Of a stretch of 64,000 bases of DNA, positions 52,899 through 64,000 are shown one piece after another. How positions within the stretch are numbered: position 1 is the first letter of the stretch; every line of letters starts with the position of its first letter. A program made the position numbers and the translations under genes. This DNA comes from Octopus sinensis (lineage: Eukaryota). A model generated the notes under the pieces. That model was not told the origin of the DNA. It searched no databases and worked only from the letters and a program-made list of their open reading frames with translations. The DNA lies in NCBI RefSeq assembly GCF_006345805.1, contig NC_043005.1, forward strand, positions 86,118,001-86,182,000, given 5' to 3'.

Positions 52899-52998
52899 TT
52901 ACATACATATACAGAGAGCGAGAGAGAGAGAGAGAGTGAGAGCGAAAGAGAGATGAATAGTATGAATGAAGGAGTTACATATATTAATGATTGATATG

Positions 52999-53123
<125 letters not shown>

Positions 53124-53577
53124 GTGAGAGAGAGAGAGAGACAGAGAGACAGAAACACATCTTTCTCTATTATCGGAACAAAAAAGCACTCGGAAAAAAG
53201 TGTTCTGTTTATATATGCCAAAACATTCTCAATATATTCATTATAACTTTATCGTTTCAAATGTGATACAAAGAAACCTGATTGTAACATAAACCTTTAC
53301 ATATGGATCTGTAACATAGAAACCATCATTAATCTACCTGTCGATTTTTAAGGTATCACGCATTAATGACTTGTCCTGCTTTCCAGTTCTTTTCTTGTTG
53401 TCTACGTATTTCATGTTTTTGCACCGTTGGTGACGTGCTGTACCCGTATATGCACGTGTGTATGTATATATATATACATATATATATATACACACTCCAT
53501 CGGTTACGACGACGAGGGATCAAGCTGATAAGATCAGCGGAACAGCTTGCTCGTGAAATTTACGTGCCAAGTGGCTG

Positions 53578-54247
53578 AGGAATGAGAAAGTCTCTCCGCT
53601 GTGTCGCATCTGCGATAGAATAGATGAAACCATTGCCTATATCACGAAGGAATACCATAGACTTGCCCAAAATCCTTACAAGCTGTGGTGACACGACCAG
53701 GTAGCAGAAGTGCTACACTGGAGTCTGTGCAAAAAGTGGGGGCTAGGGAGAGGCACAAACCGTAAAGAGTGGCAGAGTTGGAGACTAGCAAAATATTCTG
53801 GGATTTCCCAATCCAAACAGATCAGGTGCTAGAGTATAAAAGAGCGGACCAAGTGCTGGTAGACAATGTACACCACATATGCTATATAGGTGACGTTGCA
53901 TGCTCCTTTCACTTAGGAATAGTCAAGAAGGAAGTTTAAAAGATAGGTAGATACAACAGTTTTAAGTAGGAAATACCCCGGCTATGGAAAATGGAGATAG
54001 TGCCAATTATTATTGGGGTCTTGAGGACAGTATTAGAAGGCATCAGGAGGAATATAAAGGAAATTGAAATAGAGTGCTCAGTAGAACTCTTAGAAAAGGT
54101 TTGCCTCCTTGGCACGGCCAGAATAACCAGGAAAGTATTAGATAATTGCAAAGAACGAATAGCATGGTACCGTCGGCTGCATGCAGTAAGCCAGCTACGC
54201 ATGGAAGACTCCAAGAGCTCCAACAAAACAACAAAACCTGTGACAAA

Positions 54248-54250
<3 letters not shown>
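53578..54250 (+). mobile_element. 3' end of an R4/Dong-type LINE (zinc knuckle + RLE + 3' UTR) ending in (AAT)n
   Basis: SPLCRIC...ETIAY, HDQVAEVLHW, IFWDFPIQTD...RADQVLVD...DVAC, VPIIIG.L, VCLLGTARI.RKVL. Abuts a family B tail fragment at 53495-53579. Confidence 0.8.
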
Positions 54251-54308
<58 letters not shown>

Positions 54309-54339
54309 TAATAATAATGAGGAGGAGGATGACGAGTGC

Positions 54340-54670
54340 ATATCGAAAGCAGGAAAAAAGTAAAGAACAAAGCATGTACAAGGTCATGGAGAAGCATTAC
54401 GCAACAGTGAACTACACAATCAATTCTACGTGGCCAAAACTGAAGTTGCTGGGGAACACGGGTGAAGCTGATTGAAGGTGGGATCACCGAAAACAAAGAA
54501 AACAGACTGAGAGCACAATACCGGTGGCACAATACCAAGCTCCGTCTACAAACTGGAGGCTGAACTTTAGCAGTGAGCAAGGGTCTTCATATCTGAATCT
54601 GTAACAGAGTTGACGAAGCCAATGCCTATATCGTGAACAAATGCTCTCCATTTTCTAAGAACCAATGTGA
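54340..54670 (+). mobile_element. Second decayed R4/Dong-type fragment (pre-zinc-knuckle region)
   Basis: ELHNQF, TESTIPVAQYQA..TNW, RVDEANAYIVNKCS; partly similar to 53580-53660. Follows (AAT)n. Confidence 0.55.
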
Positions 54671-55125
54671 TATTGTTACGACTATCCTCCGACAGGGCCG
54701 GGACAGCAGGATTTCTTGAGACATCTGTTGGTTTTCCTAGAAACGTCGGGCACTTTCGTGTTATAGTCACGTTTGAACTATGTGGGGATAGGAGAGTGCG
54801 GATAGCAAATAGGAGAGTGGGGGATAAAAGGCCTGCAAAGCTGTTCAAGCGTTTCCAACTGCCTGACAGGTATCAAATGGATTTCTTGGATGTGCCAATG
54901 TGCCAATGTGCACTGGGACGAATCGCATCGCGTCATGCAGGTCGTATCTAGACAGGATATTCAGTAGACCACCAGATAATGATAGTATAAGTTGTCTACT
55001 TTTCAAACTGATCGGCTACACAGATCACAAATTTGTGGTCGACCGAGATAGTCTTAAATGTCAGGACCTGGTTAATGAGAGCTAAACGCAACACTCCCGG
55101 CGTGGCAAGCTTGCAGAGGCCGGAT

Positions 55126-55220
55126 TAGATAATTTATATTTCAAGATCTTTATATTTGCTCAGTTTTTGGTAGGTATTGACAGATACGTTTATATCGATT
55201 GGGATAATCGATATAATCAA
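55126..55220 (-). mobile_element. Fragment of about 95 bp from the same Dong-like family as 59089-63345 (RLE region)
   Basis: PIDINVSV.TYQKLSKYKDLEI; near-identical to about 62550-62635. Confidence 0.85.
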
Positions 55221-55272
55221 TGAGGAAGCACGACTGTTATTATTATTGTTATTATTATTATTATTATCATCA

Positions 55273-55340
<68 letters not shown>

Positions 55341-55384
55341 CATCCTTACTGCTATGGAATACGATGTTCTTTGGTGGTTGGGGT

Positions 55385-56892
<1,508 letters not shown>

Positions 56893-57894
56893 ACTTTAAC
56901 TGTCATCGATACATTCCTGACATTTTTGTTCTGTTCCAAGGGGAGTTATGTGTGGTATCATCGATCAAATTTGAACCAGAGACGAAGGAAAAGTAACCAA
57001 AGTCCAACAAAGACATTATACATGAGCGTATATATGTTTATTTGAACGATAACACACACACTAATTATTAGAGGGAAATTCCTTTTAATTTTAGATACAA
57101 AAAGTTTATTGTAACTTATATTGTACTTTAAGAATCAACGCTAACCAGTGCTGATTTCTCCGTAGATTAAAAAAGTGAACCGTCGTAGTCGATTTTCAAA
57201 TGTTATTGGAAACTCATTAGAGGAAACTACATCAATTCGATCTTTCCCAGGGATCCGGCATCCAATCTGTTTATATACTCAACAAATACAGGAGTTATAG
57301 AGAAGTGCTGCCACTAATTTGCATAAGGTTATCGTTAACACTTTACTTGAAATAAGAGGGTCTTGTCAACTGGGATCTCAGTCCCCACATTATCAGCTTA
57401 TGTCATAATCAATGTAATCTCAGTAGAAATTTAACTGTTTCTTCGGAGACTGAAAAAATGATGAATTACCTTAATTCATCGGAACAATCAGAACAGCGGT
57501 AATCCAAGCATTAATCCTATTCATTGTCAATGCGATGGGAGAGATTCGTTCCTGAATATCTGTAGTATTTTTCCAACGTCGGAGAAGACCCCTTGCCATG
57601 CCTTCACGCGATAAATATATGTTTATAGCACACAAAATTCGCTGCTTCAGCGACGTTAGGAATATTTTTAGATAATTCTACTATTTTGGCCTTGAGTCTA
57701 GATCAAATCTAAACCATCGGATCAATGAATTAAACAAAATCACCAGCTCTTGTTTATAGAAATCAGCAAACAGGTTTTGGGCTGATTCATTCTGATGTTT
57801 GCCAAACTGCTAATAATTCGTGGTATGCTTCCGGACAAACGAAAATCCCGGCAATAATGCTTCTATTTATTTTTAATATATTCTGGCAGAGTAA

Positions 57895-58307
57895 GGCAGC
57901 GAGCTGGCAGAGTCGTTAGCACGCCGAGCGAAATGCTTAGTGGTATTTCGTTTGCCGTTACGTTCTGAGTTCAAATTCCGCCGAGGTCGACTTTGCCTTT
58001 CATCTTTTCGGGGTCGATTAAATAAGTACCAGTTACGCACTGTGGTTGATGTAATCGACTTAATCCGTTTGTCTTTCCTTGTTTGTTCTCTCTGTGTTTA
58101 GCCCCTTGTGGGTAGTAAAGAAATAGGTATTTCGTCTGCTGTTACGTTCTGAGTTCAAATTCCGCCGAGGTCGAATTCGCATTTCATCCTTTCGGGGTCG
58201 ATTAAATAAGTAGTATTTACGCACTGGGTCGATGTAATCGACTTAATGCCTTTGTCTGTCTTTGTTTGTCCCCTCTATGTTTAGCCCCTTGTGGGTAGTA
58301 AAGAAAT
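57895..58307 (+). mobile_element. Head-to-tail dimer of SINE family A
   Basis: Full unit 57895-58125 joined to a second unit at AAAGAAATA|GGTATTTCGTC (58125/58126). Confidence 0.9.
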
Positions 58308-58324
58308 AAATAATTTCTGGCAGA

Positions 58325-58700
58325 TTTATCGTGCCGGGAAAAATGCTTAGCGACATTTCGTCTGTCTTAACGTTCGGAGTTGAAGTTCCGCTCACGTTGA
58401 CTTTGCCTTTCATCCTTTCTGGGTGGATAAAATAAGTACACAGGGGTCAATGTAGTCGACTTAACCATTCCACCAAAATTGCTAGCGTTGTAAAAAAATT
58501 CAAATCAATTTATTCTGGCAGATTAAGACGGCGCACTGGAAGAATCCTTGGAATGCCATGGAAAATATTAAACGGCGCTCCGTCCGTCTTTATTTTCTGA
58601 ATTCGAATTCGGCCGAGATCGATTTTGCCTTTTATCCCTGCGGAGAGATAGAAATAGATTCCAGTTGTACAATGGGGTTGATGTAATTTGAACCGGAATA
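58325..58700 (+). mobile_element. Two diverged family A' SINE copies
   Basis: GACTTTGCCTTTCATCCTTTC and GATCGATTTTGCCTTTTATCCC centre blocks. Confidence 0.65.
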
Positions 58701-58771
58701 TCTCATCTCTGCGCGTTTTCGTCATCGCAGAATTTTTATAATTTCTAACTTAATCAAATATCTAATACATT

Positions 58772-58972
58772 CTATATTTAAGAGATGAGGAATTACGTGC
58801 ATTATTTACATTTGACGGATATTTGTCTTCGTCTTGTTTGCTATTAACACATAGTTTCGGCTGATATATCCTCCAGCCTTCACCAGGTGTCTTGGTAGTA
58901 TTTCGAACCTGGGTTCTCATCCCTAAGGCTTTTCTTTCGATGTTGTTATTATTATCGATTCCAAGTAATGAC

Positions 58973-59040
<68 letters not shown>
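58772..59040. mobile_element. Family E, left half: inverted 3' part (58772-58955), head remnant (58956-58972) and (AAT)n
   Basis: The minus piece matches 40159-40326; CGATTCCAAGTAATGAC matches CGATTCCAGGCAGTGAC of the 39955 head at 14 of 17 positions. Confidence 0.75.
58846..58891 (-). ncRNA. Degenerate family E hammerhead motif
   Basis: GACAC-CTGGTGA-A-GGCTGG-aggatata-TCAGCC-GAAAC-TAT-GTGTT; A6 and the cleavage triplet are mutated, helices I and II still pair. Confidence 0.55.
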
Positions 59041-59068
<28 letters not shown>

Positions 59069-59088
59069 AAGAAGAAGAAGAAGAAGAA

Positions 59089-63612
<4,524 letters not shown>

Positions 63613-63849
63613 TTGAAAGCCGGGACCAAATCGATTATATTGACTTTAGAACTTCGCAGATGGAACCAGGCGTTGACATCAGTATGATTTGAAATCTGCG
63701 CGAAAAGAGATGAAACAAATATCGTAAAGTAATTTTGTACGAGGTTCCAACGATTCCGGCACTCCACTCTCATACTGTTGTCTCAAATGTGTTAATTTGG
63801 TAACATCTAACATCACAGATGACTTTTTAGTAAACTGTAGTAACCCTTT

Positions 63850-64000
63850 CTACTACGATAGGAAGAGGGCCCGAAATTTGAAGGGAAAGTTATGTCGGTC
63901 CCATTAATCCCACTGACATATGAAAAGATGAAAGACGAAATCGAGCCGAGTGGTATTTGAACTAAGAACTTACAAACGGACGAAAAGCTACTTTATTAGG
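63850..64000 (-). mobile_element. Diverged family A' SINE at the window edge
   Basis: GGCCCGAAATTTGAAGGG...GAAAGACGAAATCGAGCCGAGTGGTATTTGAACTAAGAAC. Confidence 0.55.

Overview
AT-rich eukaryotic DNA saturated with microsatellites ((TA)n, (AAT)n, (CA)n, (ATAG)n) and interspersed repeats. The repeat landscape looks like a coleoid cephalopod such as Octopus (inference only). I could not support any intact host protein-coding gene; almost all ORFs in the track are microsatellite read-throughs. The window holds: several tRNA-derived SINE families; remnants of restriction-like-endonuclease LINEs of the R4/Dong type, including one near-full-length copy at 59089-63345, most with their visible 3' ends at (TAA)n; a long decayed Penelope-like element ORF (RT + GIY-YIG, about 16.4-20.3 kb, minus); RTE-like and Tx1-like LINE fragments; a Tc1/mariner element and a fold-back mariner MITE; and non-autonomous Helitrons. 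The most interesting signal is a set of type I hammerhead-ribozyme motifs in four distinct short repeat families (one with two related variants). Four of the loci have an inverted (fold-back) architecture. One family has a tRNA-derived head, an internal (AAT)n tract and a hammerhead; in one copy that tract has been used as the landing site of the near-full-length Dong-like LINE. All alignments and folds were done by eye, and element boundaries are approximate unless a specific motif is quoted.
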